From an uncultured Gammaproteobacteria bacterium (GTDB lineage Bacteria > Pseudomonadota > Gammaproteobacteria > GCA-001735895): DNA of 58,148 bases. Location of the stretch: assembly GCA_964488685.1 (NCBI GenBank), contig CAZAVY010000008.1, positions 1 through 58,148 of the forward strand, read 5' to 3'. The first letter of the stretch is position 1; each line of letters begins with the position of its first letter. Below are positions 11,113 through 20,491 of the stretch, piece after piece. The notes beneath the pieces are model-generated. The model did not search any database. It was not told where the DNA came from and was given only the letters and a program-made list of their open reading frames with translations. The translations under genes and the position numbers were made by a program.

Positions 11113-11688
11113 TCAATATTTCGCAAATTCAGCATTTCGTAACAATTCAGCCGTCTCGAAAAGGGGTAATCCCATGACGGCCGAGTAACTTCCTTCGAGC
11201 TGTTCAATAAACCGGGCAGCTCTTCCCTGTATGGCATATGCGCCCGCTTTGTCCATCGGTTCAGCGGTCGAACAGTAAGCGTCAATTTCCTCGGGCGACA
11301 AATACCGGAAACTGACGCGATTTCGGGTCAGTCGAAATTCAACGTCATGCTCGGTCGCTAATGCGACGGCGCTTAAAACCAGGTGTTGTCTTGCGGATAA
11401 CCGGCCGAGTATACAGCGACACTGGTCTCGATCAGCAGGTTTGCCGATAGTATCATCATCAAGTGCAATTGTAGTATCGCCAGCCAGTACTGCAAATTGT
11501 TGCTGTTGCACGGCTATCTGCTGCGCTGCAAACCTGGCTTTGTTGACCGCCATGCGACAGACATAGTCCGAGGCGGATTCCGAGGCCCGCCTGGTTTCAT
11601 CAATATCAATCGCATGTACTTCAAATTCGACCTCAATCTGGCGCAGCAATTGCACCCGCCGCGGTGATCTGGAGGCAAGATAAATCAT
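11113..11688 (-). CDS. maf: Maf/YhdE nucleoside triphosphate pyrophosphatase
   Basis: LASRSPRR, DKAGAYAIQG, GSYSAVMGLPL. Confidence 0.96.
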   Translation of the reverse strand: MIYLASRSPRRVQLLRQIEVEFEVHAIDIDETRRASESASDYVCRMAVNKARFAAQQIAVQQQQFAVLAGDTTIALDDDTIGKPADRDQCRCILGRLSARQHLVLSAVALATEHDVEFRLTRNRVSFRYLSPEEIDAYCSTAEPMDKAGAYAIQGRAARFIEQLEGSYSAVMGLPLFETAELLRNAEFAKY

Positions 11689-11723
11689 CTTTGCATAATA
11701 GCCCGAAAGCAGACCGGGGTCGC

Positions 11724-12194
11724 CTATCCGCGATGATAGGGGTGTCCCTTCAATATTGTCCAGGCCCGATACAATTGCTCCAGAATAACCACTTTGGCCA
11801 GGGCATGCGGCATCGTCATTCGACCTAAGGCAACCCGTTGCCGACAGGCATCGATACAGTCTTGCGACAGACCTTCGGGTCCTCCGATAATCAGGTTTAC
11901 CCGCGGAAACTCAAACATCCAGCATTGTAGATTTTTCGACCAGTCGATACTGGACCATTGTTCACCGCGCTCATCGAGGGCGATGCTCAAGCTGCCGGAC
12001 GATAACCTGTCCAGAATCATGTTCGATTCACGCTGTTGCAGCGGTACCGAAGACTGCTTCGGTTTGCGTGACTTGAGCGGGATCGTTACCAGTTTCAGTG
12101 AAATTTCGCGTGGCATGCGGTTGAGATAATCCTCGCAGGCGGTATCGACCCATGCGGGCAGTTTTTGCGCAACGTTGATAAGCTGAATTTGCAC
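11724..12194 (-). CDS. rlmH: 23S rRNA pseudouridine1915 N3-methyltransferase
   Basis: SPOUT motifs LDERG, IIGGPEG, MTMPHALAKVVILEQLYRA, GHPYH. Confidence 0.96.
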   Translation of the reverse strand: MQIQLINVAQKLPAWVDTACEDYLNRMPREISLKLVTIPLKSRKPKQSSVPLQQRESNMILDRLSSGSLSIALDERGEQWSSIDWSKNLQCWMFEFPRVNLIIGGPEGLSQDCIDACRQRVALGRMTMPHALAKVVILEQLYRAWTILKGHPYHRG

Positions 12195-12196
12195 GA

Positions 12197-12532
12197 TCAG
12201 CTTACCGCCAGTTCTTCGCCCCAGAGTTTTTCGAGTTCGTAATACAAGCGGACCTCGGGCTGCATAACATGCACAACCACATCACCGAGATCAACCAGAA
12301 CCCATTCACCGACATCTTCACCTTCGATGCCAAGCGCCGGACTATTCACGGCCTTCGCTGCTTCGACTACCGACTCTGCAATTGCGTTGACATGGCGGCT
12401 TGAACTACCGCTGGCGAAAATCATGTAGTCAGTAAAACTGGCCTGTTCACGCACATCCAGCGTCACAATATTATCCGCCTTGAGTGCATCCAGGGCCAGC
12501 AGCGCCATCTTTCTGGTTGCCTCGACATGCAA
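12197..12532 (-). CDS. rsfS: Ribosome silencing factor RsfS (Iojap)
   Basis: DYMIFASGSSSRHV, WVLVDLGDVVVHVMQPEVRLYYELEKLW; start placed at TTG 12532 (ORF-track extension overlaps nadD). Confidence 0.95.
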   Translation of the reverse strand: MHVEATRKMALLALDALKADNIVTLDVREQASFTDYMIFASGSSSRHVNAIAESVVEAAKAVNSPALGIEGEDVGEWVLVDLGDVVVHVMQPEVRLYYELEKLWGEELAVS

Positions 12533-12548
12533 CGGGCCAGGTTTGGAA

Positions 12549-13169
12549 TCAGCCACCTGGTTTGCAATACAGGTTGTGTTTGTCAATGTAAGTTGCCACC
12601 GTCGGCGCCAGGTATTTTCCGCTGCCGGTGCGTGCTTCCAGCGCGACCCGCAGCACGCTGGAAGAACAGTCAATCGCATCGACTTCAAGCATCAGTATCG
12701 CACCAGCCGATTGCCTGCTCAGTTCCTGTGGCGAATCGACCCGACGCTCGTAATAAAGTGCCTGATCGACTTCGAACCCGGGACGATAGCAGACGACCAA
12801 ATGTGCCAGGCACAAAATATCATCGGGTAATTTCCAGTTGCCAAAGCCGTTAAAGGCATCAGCACCCAGCACAAAGACCAGAACAGCATCGGTTTGAAGG
12901 CGTATCTGATGCAGGCTATCGACAGTATACGACAGCCCGCTGCGCTCGAGCTCCAGCGTATTCAGGGTAAATGCCGCCTGCTCGGCGATCGCCAGTTTAA
13001 TCATTGCGCCGCGATGCGCAGCCGTAGCATGCGGTCGGTCTCGATGTACCGGTAACGCGCAGGGTACGAATTGCACTGACTCGAGATCCAGGCGAGTAAA
13101 TACCTGCGTCGCGATATGCAGGTGCCCGTTATGAATCGGATCGAAAGTACCGCCCAAAATTCCAATCAT
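12549..13169 (-). CDS. nadD: Nicotinate-nucleotide adenylyltransferase
   Basis: GGTFDPIHNGH, SYTVDSL, LGADAF, SSSVLR. Confidence 0.96.
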   Translation of the reverse strand: MIGILGGTFDPIHNGHLHIATQVFTRLDLESVQFVPCALPVHRDRPHATAAHRGAMIKLAIAEQAAFTLNTLELERSGLSYTVDSLHQIRLQTDAVLVFVLGADAFNGFGNWKLPDDILCLAHLVVCYRPGFEVDQALYYERRVDSPQELSRQSAGAILMLEVDAIDCSSSVLRVALEARTGSGKYLAPTVATYIDKHNLYCKPGG

Positions 13170-13172
13170 TTG

Positions 13173-14462
13173 TTACGAGCGTAGGTTTCCGTCACCGAAA
13201 ACGACATACTTCTGGGATGTCAAACCTTGCAGGCCAACGGGGCCGCGCGCATGCAATTTATCGGTACTGATGCCAATTTCGGCACCCAACCCGTACTCGA
13301 AACCATCGGCAAATGCGGTCGACACATTGACCATGACTGAACTCGAATCCACACGCCGTAAAAATTCCCGGGTATTGCCGTAATCTTCGCTGACAATCGC
13401 ATCGGTGTGCTGTGAACCGTAGTGATCGATATGCTCGATTGCCTGTTCCAGACCATCGACGATACGGATCGACAGGATCGGAGCGAGGTACTCGGCATAC
13501 CAGTCGTCTTCGCCGGCGGCCTTGATGATTATATTGTCGAATTGACGGCTGCGTTCACAACCGCGTAATTCGACTCCGCTGGCCGACATGCGTTGGATTA
13601 TCTCCGGCATTACACTGGCCGCGATCTTGTCCGCGACCAGCAGTGTTTCCATCGCATTACAAACACCGTAGCGCCTGGTCTTGGCATTCAGCGCTATTTC
13701 GATCGCTTTTACCCGATCCGCATGATCGTCGATGTATACGTGGCAAACACCGTCAAGATGCTTGATTACGGGTATTTTTGATTCGGCGGCAATCCGTTCG
13801 ATCAGGGCTTTGCCGCCCCGCGGAATGATGACGTCGATGCAATCCTGCATTTTCAGCATCTGTCCCACCGCTTCGCGATCGGTGGTATTGATAACCTGGA
13901 CCGCGGCTTCGATCAAACCAGCCTGCCTCAAACCTTGCCGGATGCATTGATAAATCGCCTGGTTGGAATGCAGCGCTTCCTTGCCACCCCTCAAAATACT
14001 GGCGTTTCCGGATTTAAGGCATAACGCAGCCGCATCGATAGTCACATTAGGACGCGACTCGTAAATAATACCGATGACACCCAGCGGCACCCGCATCTTA
14101 CCAACCTGAATGCCGGAAGGTCTGTAACGCAACCCACTGATCTCCCCAATCGGATCAGCCAGACCCGCCACCTGTTGCAAACCTTCAATCATTGCATCGA
14201 TACGACGCGGGTCCAGCTCCAGGCGTTCGAGCATCGCAGCGCTGATCTGATTTTTATCAGCAGCATCGAGATCCTTGCTATTTTCCTGCAAAATGAAGTC
14301 GCGGCGTTGATCCAGAACGGCGGAAATCTCGAGTAACGCCTGATTTTTATGTTGCGGTCGAGCATATGCCAAGGTCGCAGCCGCCTCTCGCGCAAACTGC
14401 CCGAGCGCCATCATATACTGACACAAATCGGTTCCGTATTCTTTTTGTAGTGCAACGCTCAT
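13173..14462 (-). CDS. proA: Gamma-glutamyl phosphate reductase
   Basis: [45 protein letters not shown]. Confidence 0.98.
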   Translation of the reverse strand: MSVALQKEYGTDLCQYMMALGQFAREAAATLAYARPQHKNQALLEISAVLDQRRDFILQENSKDLDAADKNQISAAMLERLELDPRRIDAMIEGLQQVAGLADPIGEISGLRYRPSGIQVGKMRVPLGVIGIIYESRPNVTIDAAALCLKSGNASILRGGKEALHSNQAIYQCIRQGLRQAGLIEAAVQVINTTDREAVGQMLKMQDCIDVIIPRGGKALIERIAAESKIPVIKHLDGVCHVYIDDHADRVKAIEIALNAKTRRYGVCNAMETLLVADKIAASVMPEIIQRMSASGVELRGCERSRQFDNIIIKAAGEDDWYAEYLAPILSIRIVDGLEQAIEHIDHYGSQHTDAIVSEDYGNTREFLRRVDSSSVMVNVSTAFADGFEYGLGAEIGISTDKLHARGPVGLQGLTSQKYVVFGDGNLRS

Positions 14463-15475
14463 AATCTATTACCCGTATCAGCACTGAAGCCGGCAACCAG
14501 CGATCTAACCTCGAACCAGTCCTGGTCGGGGAAATCACTGTCCTGCTGCCCTTTTCCCAGCCGGTCTAATGTAGCACAGCTTTGTAACAAACGCTCAATC
14601 TGTGATGTGCCCAATCGAGCTAATGCAGACTGATAAAGCCTTTGCTTATTACGCCAGATACGCAGTTCCTGCCAGATTCGATCGGCAATGGCACCGTTAC
14701 GCTGTACCTGTTTGAGCCGATCGAGTTGTTCCAGTGAAACCTGTATCGCCCAACGCAATTGTGGCGTCGCATACCCTTCCGCTTCGAGACTGCCCAGTAT
14801 CCTGAGCGCACGGCCGGTGTTGCCGGCGAGACAGGCATCGACCAGTAAAAAATGACTGTAACGTGCCGACTGTGCGACCGAGGCTTCGATGGTTTCAAAA
14901 TCGACCGTTTCCCGGTCGCCGAATCTTATCGAAAGTTTCTCCAGCTCCTGGTCCGCCGCCAGCAGGTTACCTTCGGTGCGTTCCGCCAGGAACTGCGCCG
15001 ACTGAGGGTCGATTAGCAGCCCTTTCAACTTCGCGCGTTCTACCAACCAGCCTGCCACCTGGTTGGGGTAAATCGGTTTCAGCTCGACTATCTCACCCGC
15101 CGCCTGAATCGCTTTGCACCAAGCCGAATTCCTGGTTTGCCGATCGAGGCTTGACGCTACGATGATGTACACATTGCCATCGGCCGGATTTTCACACAGG
15201 TTCTGGATGACCTTGCTACCCGGTTGCCCGGGCTTACCGCCGGGCATGATCACGATGCGACATTTTAGATCTGAGAATAACGACATCATATCGCCCTCTT
15301 CCAGCAACTCTTGCCAGTCGAACCCGATATCGCTCTGAAACGTCAAAATATCTTCGAATCCGGCTGCGCGTAGCGCAGTCCGCGCCTCGTCGAGCCAGTC
15401 CCGGGTTAACAACAGCTCGGCACTGGCGAGCAGATAAACGGGTTTGAGATTTTGTGTAATCCGGGATCCTCGCAT
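14459..15475 (-). CDS. holA: DNA polymerase III subunit delta
   Basis: [28 protein letters not shown]; length and context typical. Confidence 0.92.
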   Translation of the reverse strand: MRGSRITQNLKPVYLLASAELLLTRDWLDEARTALRAAGFEDILTFQSDIGFDWQELLEEGDMMSLFSDLKCRIVIMPGGKPGQPGSKVIQNLCENPADGNVYIIVASSLDRQTRNSAWCKAIQAAGEIVELKPIYPNQVAGWLVERAKLKGLLIDPQSAQFLAERTEGNLLAADQELEKLSIRFGDRETVDFETIEASVAQSARYSHFLLVDACLAGNTGRALRILGSLEAEGYATPQLRWAIQVSLEQLDRLKQVQRNGAIADRIWQELRIWRNKQRLYQSALARLGTSQIERLLQSCATLDRLGKGQQDSDFPDQDWFEVRSLVAGFSADTGNRL

Positions 15476-15591
15476 GGCGCGAATGTTATCACACTACCCG
15501 TGTCACCCGGTCATCCCTGCGCATGCCGATACCTCGGAAGGACGGGATTGTGGTTATTTACCGAACAGGATACTGATGCCGACCCTGAATT

Positions 15592-15624
15592 AAAAAGGTC
15601 CCCGGCCGGGGAGGCGCGAGGACC
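15592..15624 (-). terminator. Rho-independent terminator
   Basis: Minus strand GGTCCTCG-cGCC-tcccc-GGC-CGGGGACC GC-rich hairpin followed by TTTTT. Confidence 0.7.
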
Positions 15625-15763
15625 CCAAGATTGACTGCTTTCTTCATCCAACGGCATCCAGCAAGGCTTCCTGCCTTTGATGCGTGGGACCAAATCCTAC
15701 GACATCTCCGTTACCCGATTCCTTTCAAGCACGAGTACAAGTCTACTCGCAGAGATGCTCCAG
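15592..15763 (-). ncRNA. Putative CsrB/RsmXYZ-type CsrA/RsmA-sequestering sRNA (~170 nt)
   Basis: Seven GGA motifs between a putative TSS and terminator, one as AAGGC-AGGAA-GCCTT hairpin loop; further hairpins CGAGTA..TACTCG and GCATC..GATGC; upstream GacA-type box; 5' end estimated. Confidence 0.6.
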
Positions 15764-15810
15764 CCCTAGCTTGTACGGCGGTTCCGTTTGTAGTCTCGGG
15801 CGCCAGTTTA

Positions 15811-15828
15811 TGTAAGATTTGTCCTACA
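15811..15828. promoter_or_regulatory. GacA/UvrY-type binding palindrome
   Basis: TGTAAGATTTGTCCTACA, one mismatch to TGTAAG-N6-CTTACA, about 50-65 nt upstream of the GGA-rich RNA on the minus strand. Confidence 0.65.
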
Positions 15829-15832
15829 ACAA

Positions 15833-17044
15833 TCAGATGTCACGCAAACCGTCAGAAGGTTCGATACCGGCAGCACGCACACCACCCAGAATAGCCGCTA
15901 AAATTGCTATCCCGACTGTCAACCCCAGGGCCCACAGAAAATGCTCGGGGAGCAGGAAACACAGGGCTCGATCAAGATTGAGTCGGGGAACCATGAAAAA
16001 ATTAATCAGGTATTCGAACGCAAGATAGACCAGTACCGCGAGCAGCCAACCGAGCAATGCGGTATAAAAGGACTGCAGTACCGGATACATAACGATGCGC
16101 CCGCTCTTGAAACCGATCAATCTCAATACACTGAGATCCCTGCGCTTGCGATCGACGTTTGCCAACAGGCTGGCGCCCAGGGAGAAAGAGAATCCGATCG
16201 CGCCGACACAGGCAATAATCCAGAATAGTACCGACAGGTTTTGATCGATAGATTGTACGGTGTTGATTTCGGCGATATTCGCCTTGATACGCACGCCTTC
16301 CGCTTCGAGATCACTGACCAGGTTTTCGACATCATAGATCGAACCTGCATAGAGTCGAAACGACGGATATATCCGGGCCGCCATTTCGTCACTGTTACCG
16401 CCCCAGCCGAGCGCCGCAACCGCGCGTCCGTCCTTGAATTGCTCACTCGCGACCAGCAGATCCAGATTGACAAAAGCGACGTTGCGCGAAGTGACCGCGG
16501 CATCGGCGATAGCGATGACATTGAGCGGCAGGTGTACCCGTTCGCGTTTGCCCTGGTACTGTCGGGCAAGGCTGGCGTCGATTTCATCATTAACCTGGAC
16601 ATTCAGCTTTTTTGCCGCTGCCCAACTCAGAATAACCTGATTATAGTTCGCCGGAACCGGAGTCGATTCGATAAGAATGGGATCGCCCGCCGCGGTTGCA
16701 AGTAATTCGGTAGACAGGATACGTTTGGCTGTTTTGCTATTGAGTTGAATAGTGGCTGCCAGCGCACGGGTTTTCGGGATAATAAATTCAACATCGCCAC
16801 GTTGACGAAATCGGTCGATCCAGCTGTCATCGTAACGACCACTGCCGATTGGCCTGATTTCCCGGTTCGCTGGATTTTCAACCAATTGGTGAATCATGCT
16901 GCTGACAATGCCAAACTTGAGACCGAACAGAATCATCATCGGCGCCAGTACCGAGGAAAGGGCCAGGATGAAACAGCCTGACATCCGCCATTCGTGGCTA
17001 TAATCACGGAAGCTAAGGCGGATAATGTTAGTGATTTGTACCAT
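15833..17044 (-). CDS. ABC permease (FtsX/MacB-type), TagS-like
   Basis: N-terminus RDYSHEW...VLAPMMILFGLKFG...NPANREI resembles P. aeruginosa TagS; C-terminal FtsX domain RKRRDLSVLRLIG, AAGIEPSDGLR. Confidence 0.85.
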   Translation of the reverse strand: MVQITNIIRLSFRDYSHEWRMSGCFILALSSVLAPMMILFGLKFGIVSSMIHQLVENPANREIRPIGSGRYDDSWIDRFRQRGDVEFIIPKTRALAATIQLNSKTAKRILSTELLATAAGDPILIESTPVPANYNQVILSWAAAKKLNVQVNDEIDASLARQYQGKRERVHLPLNVIAIADAAVTSRNVAFVNLDLLVASEQFKDGRAVAALGWGGNSDEMAARIYPSFRLYAGSIYDVENLVSDLEAEGVRIKANIAEINTVQSIDQNLSVLFWIIACVGAIGFSFSLGASLLANVDRKRRDLSVLRLIGFKSGRIVMYPVLQSFYTALLGWLLAVLVYLAFEYLINFFMVPRLNLDRALCFLLPEHFLWALGLTVGIAILAAILGGVRAAGIEPSDGLRDI

Positions 17045-17769
17045 CAGTCGCTGAATTTCGATTGATAGATCTTGCCATCTTCAACCGCCTCGGCCTCCTG
17101 ATTAAGGGTTCGCAATTCCATTTTGTAAACATGCGCCCAATCGTGGCTGGCGGTAATCAATGTAATTTTGAGTCCGCGAATAACTTCCATCACCACGGCC
17201 ATAATTTTTTGCGCGGTAATTGGATCCAGGGCGGAAGTTGGTTCGTCCGCAATCAGGATCGATGGACGGTGCGATAGTGCTCGCGCGAAAGCGGCGCGTT
17301 GACGTTCGCCGGCAGAGAGCAAGCCGGGCAACTTGTCGAGCTGCCGATCAATGCCGAGCACCCTTGAAATCGAGTTGATCGAGTCATCATCGGGCAACTT
17401 GAGCAGTTTACGGGGTAAATCAATATTCTCGCGTACCGTGAGGTAAGGCAGCAAGCCACCCGACTGCAACACATAGCCGATATGCTGTTTGCGAATCTGG
17501 GATAGCTTGTTTTGCCGGTTGCGTTGCCAGAGCCTGGCAACATCATGGCTGTCACCATCTACCGGATGCAAATCCCAATGCTCGCTTTGATCCGGGCGTA
17601 AAATCAGGGCGAGCATATCCAGCAAGGTACTCTTGCCGCATCCACTATGCCCGATCAGTGCGATATTTTCCTGCGCGCTGATTTTAATATTGGGAACCAC
17701 AAGCCGAAATCCGACACCGTCGATGAGCCGCTCCTTGACGACATTCTTCAACGAGTAAATTACAGTCAC
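17044..17769 (-). CDS. ABC ATPase, TagT-like (LolD/MacB class)
   Basis: Walker A GHSGCGKST, IGYVLQSGGLLPYL, LSAGERQR, ADEPTSALD. Confidence 0.9.
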   Translation of the reverse strand: MTVIYSLKNVVKERLIDGVGFRLVVPNIKISAQENIALIGHSGCGKSTLLDMLALILRPDQSEHWDLHPVDGDSHDVARLWQRNRQNKLSQIRKQHIGYVLQSGGLLPYLTVRENIDLPRKLLKLPDDDSINSISRVLGIDRQLDKLPGLLSAGERQRAAFARALSHRPSILIADEPTSALDPITAQKIMAVVMEVIRGLKITLITASHDWAHVYKMELRTLNQEAEAVEDGKIYQSKFSD

Positions 17770-17784
17770 GAAGGTAACGGATCG

Positions 17785-19740
17785 CTAGGGCAACAGATCG
17801 AGTGCAACCGGGAAAACCGAATTACCGTTAACCGGCCCGCCACCCGGGGTAACCCACAGATCGGTGTGATCGTGCAATGCCTGGTAGTAGTTTATCTTGC
17901 TCTCCAGCCGATACATAAATTCAATCTGTACCTTGGCCGACCATTCCTCCCAGGTTTCCAGCGTCAGGTTCATGACCTCCCCGGTATAGGGTAGATCCTC
18001 GATATATTCGCGCATATAACCCATATCGGCGAGATTTTCACCAGCCCCGGAGGTGCTGCCTGCAACCGCAGACGGATCTCGACTAACGGTCGCGGCAAGA
18101 CTCTTAAGGTCATCGATAAAACCCTGCGGGCTGAGAACGCCCTCTTCGGCGAGTTCCAGCACCTGCTGCAGGACATTCTTAAGATCACTTAACTGATCGC
18201 GGGTGAGCAATACCCGCACATCGACCGCCGAACGTTCCGGGTTGATGAAGTCACGATCGACCATCCAGGCGTCAAATACGGTGGGAATCGGCTGCCCCGA
18301 CCGCTTCTGGATATAACGCATGCGTAGTGCGTTCCCGAGTTTCGCAATCCGATCCTGAAGCCGCGCAAGTTGCGTCTGCTCTGCCTCCTGCGGCTGTATT
18401 TGTATCGGCGGCACGCCATTGGTAGTGGCCAGAACTTGCTGAGTAATCTGGTTCGCCAGCACTTCAAGCACGCGACCAAACTCATCCACCTGGCCGAGGC
18501 TCACGCCATAGTAAAAATCACCGATGCCGGGATAATATGACAGTTGTTTATAGAGAATTTCTGCTTTCTCATGATCTGCCGCCTCCGACGGGGTACGCAA
18601 ATGAAGGACCCAGATCGAGACGCCCTTGTCAAAGGCGAACTGGCGTAATGCCTGGGCGCTGAGGCGAGTTGCACCCAGAGAATCATGGCTTTCACGTGGA
18701 CCCGCATCGGTGATCAGCACCACGTAACGGGCGTCAAACTGATTCCAGTCTGAATCTTCGATTGCCGATTTGATGCCCGCATAAGCATCCTCGCGGAAAT
18801 CCCTGCTGGATACATCCGACGGGCTCAGTGAATTGACGAGATCGAGAAACTGTCTGGCATCGGTACCCTGCTCAAGGTTGACGTAAGGTTGCGTCAAATA
18901 CTCAAGCTCGGGCACCTGGTCAATATTGTCGCGATAGGCGGTCAGGCCAAAACTGACCTGATTGGACAGCCCCTGCTTTTTTATCGCGGAGTAAACCTTT
19001 TCTACTGCTTCACGGGTTCGATCGATATAGGGCCCCATCGACTGGGTGGAATCGATGACAAAGTGAATTCCACTACGATAACTGCGATTGATCAATTCGG
19101 CGGTGACGGCTGCCGTAACCGTGGTTGCATCTTCCAGTGGAACACTGGCGATTTCAAGCAGACGCGCCTGTTCGTTACCGAGGTATACGTCTTCGTGTTG
19201 CTTGATCGGGACCAGGTAGAAGTTATCCCGAATTTCGAGATGGGCCTCCGGCTGAATCGCAATAACCGGAGAATCTTCAGGAATCTCGTTGTTTACAATG
19301 GCATCATAAAGCGCCTGGTAGCCATCCTTGTCATAGTCGCTAACCAGTTGCTCCAGGTCAGCTTTATTTTGAAACATCATGACCCGCTGAATATCCTGGG
19401 GGTCTTTGAAAGAAACGGTCAATGCCTGGTTCCAGACTATGGCCTTGTTTGTTTTAACCCAGCCCGCAGTTTGTCCAAAACTGTCGTAACCCACCTTGAT
19501 CCAGTCACTCCCCTTTTCATAAACATACAGAACGCTGAAAGGGGTGACCTGGCTCGATTCCGCCGACTCGGTCGGCATCTCATAGAGGCGCGCATCCGGC
19601 ACGCTTAGGACCCGTTGAAAGAGCGTTTTTTTGCCTTCCATCAACAGCGGTTTACCGGCCGCACTCAGGCTCACGGTAAACGTGACCAGGAAACTCACCA
19701 GCAGCAGTTTAAACATCGATTGACCGGGTTTTTTGTTCAT
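17785..19740 (-). CDS. Secreted vWA-domain protein resembling the periplasmic part of T6SS kinase PpkA, without a kinase domain
   Basis: Signal peptide (..VSLSA-AG); PLLMEGKKTLFQRVL start typical of PpkA ectodomains; MIDAS-like VIDSTQSM, ITDAGP; no Hanks kinase motifs. Confidence 0.8.
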   Translation of the reverse strand: MNKKPGQSMFKLLLVSFLVTFTVSLSAAGKPLLMEGKKTLFQRVLSVPDARLYEMPTESAESSQVTPFSVLYVYEKGSDWIKVGYDSFGQTAGWVKTNKAIVWNQALTVSFKDPQDIQRVMMFQNKADLEQLVSDYDKDGYQALYDAIVNNEIPEDSPVIAIQPEAHLEIRDNFYLVPIKQHEDVYLGNEQARLLEIASVPLEDATTVTAAVTAELINRSYRSGIHFVIDSTQSMGPYIDRTREAVEKVYSAIKKQGLSNQVSFGLTAYRDNIDQVPELEYLTQPYVNLEQGTDARQFLDLVNSLSPSDVSSRDFREDAYAGIKSAIEDSDWNQFDARYVVLITDAGPRESHDSLGATRLSAQALRQFAFDKGVSIWVLHLRTPSEAADHEKAEILYKQLSYYPGIGDFYYGVSLGQVDEFGRVLEVLANQITQQVLATTNGVPPIQIQPQEAEQTQLARLQDRIAKLGNALRMRYIQKRSGQPIPTVFDAWMVDRDFINPERSAVDVRVLLTRDQLSDLKNVLQQVLELAEEGVLSPQGFIDDLKSLAATVSRDPSAVAGSTSGAGENLADMGYMREYIEDLPYTGEVMNLTLETWEEWSAKVQIEFMYRLESKINYYQALHDHTDLWVTPGGGPVNGNSVFPVALDLLP

Positions 19741-19748
19741 TAAATCAC

Positions 19749-20339
19749 CTATCGAAAATTAAGCAGCAACTGCCTGGCATACGGGTTTCCGAGTTCTGCT
19801 TCTGTATTCGCCCATCGCTGTAAACTGCTAACGCGTTCACTAGCGGGCTGGTATCCCATCGAAGCGGCTTTTCGATACCATTTGTAGGCCTGGATAGCAT
19901 CGGCACTATCCAGCAGCGAACTCTCGGCACGAAACAGCATCGGATCGGACATCTCGGCCATTTTCATAATGGCCGGCACATGATCTTCCCTGGCAGCAAA
20001 AAAAAACATGATATGCGCATCGGCGAGGCTACCTTCCTGCCGGTACGCTTGCGCTTTTTCAAAAACGGCCGTTAATGGGTAAGGTTTACCATCATTACGC
20101 AATTGTTCGATGTCCTGGCGTGCCCGCATACCCGGAGGTACCAACAGGCTACGTTCTATGGTGCCGGAGGTTTCACCGGAGTCAGGCGATTCGGTCGACT
20201 CACCGGGCGCGATGTCTGTCACCGGGCTAACCCGGTCACCGCTGACAAACACGAATATGATAAGGCCGATGATCGCCAACGCGATCCAGATTAATGGATT
20301 TCGGCCGACAGATGATCCAGTTTGCTTCAATTCAGACAT
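19749..20339 (-). CDS. Single-pass membrane protein with Sel1-like repeat
   Basis: TM NPLIWIALAIIGLIIFVFV, S/T/P/E-rich linker, AIQAYKWYRKAASMG Sel1 motif. Confidence 0.8.
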   Translation of the reverse strand: MSELKQTGSSVGRNPLIWIALAIIGLIIFVFVSGDRVSPVTDIAPGESTESPDSGETSGTIERSLLVPPGMRARQDIEQLRNDGKPYPLTAVFEKAQAYRQEGSLADAHIMFFFAAREDHVPAIMKMAEMSDPMLFRAESSLLDSADAIQAYKWYRKAASMGYQPASERVSSLQRWANTEAELGNPYARQLLLNFR

Positions 20340-20446
20340 TTTATTTTTTAGTCCAAGTCCGAACCGCAGTTTGCCTGCTAGCCGGCAAATTTGTTGCGGG
20401 CAGCAAAGCCCGGTGCAAGCCTGGCAAACAAGGTTGGATCGGGTGA

Positions 20447-20475
20447 ATTATAAACACTTGTTGTCGGCGGGTAAA
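20447..20475 (-). promoter_or_regulatory. Putative sigma70 promoter of the Sel1-vWA-ABC operon
   Basis: Minus strand TTTACC-17 nt-TATAAT, about 110 nt upstream of the 20339 start. Confidence 0.5.
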
Positions 20476-20491
20476 TTGATGTCCCCATTAA

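Noticed and set aside
15440-15475. Slightly short, atypical HolA N-terminus, suggesting damage by the insertion
   Set aside because: PVYL motif is in frame and total length is normal; the variation is within what an essential gene tolerates
15625-15690. GAAGAAAGCAG / GGCAGGAAGCC similarity to the SRP (4.5S) RNA domain IV
   Set aside because: No CAGG-stem-GNRA-GAAGCAG arrangement; GGA-rich Rsm model with GacA box fits better
15833-20339. Calling the block a type VI secretion system
   Set aside because: No structural tss genes in the window; only accessory-like homologues
20370-20440. GGCAAA...GCAAAGCC-CGG fragments resembling a c-di-GMP-I riboswitch
   Set aside because: On the + strand, antisense to the downstream operon; lacks the GNRA-capped P2 stem and GAC before GCAAAGC
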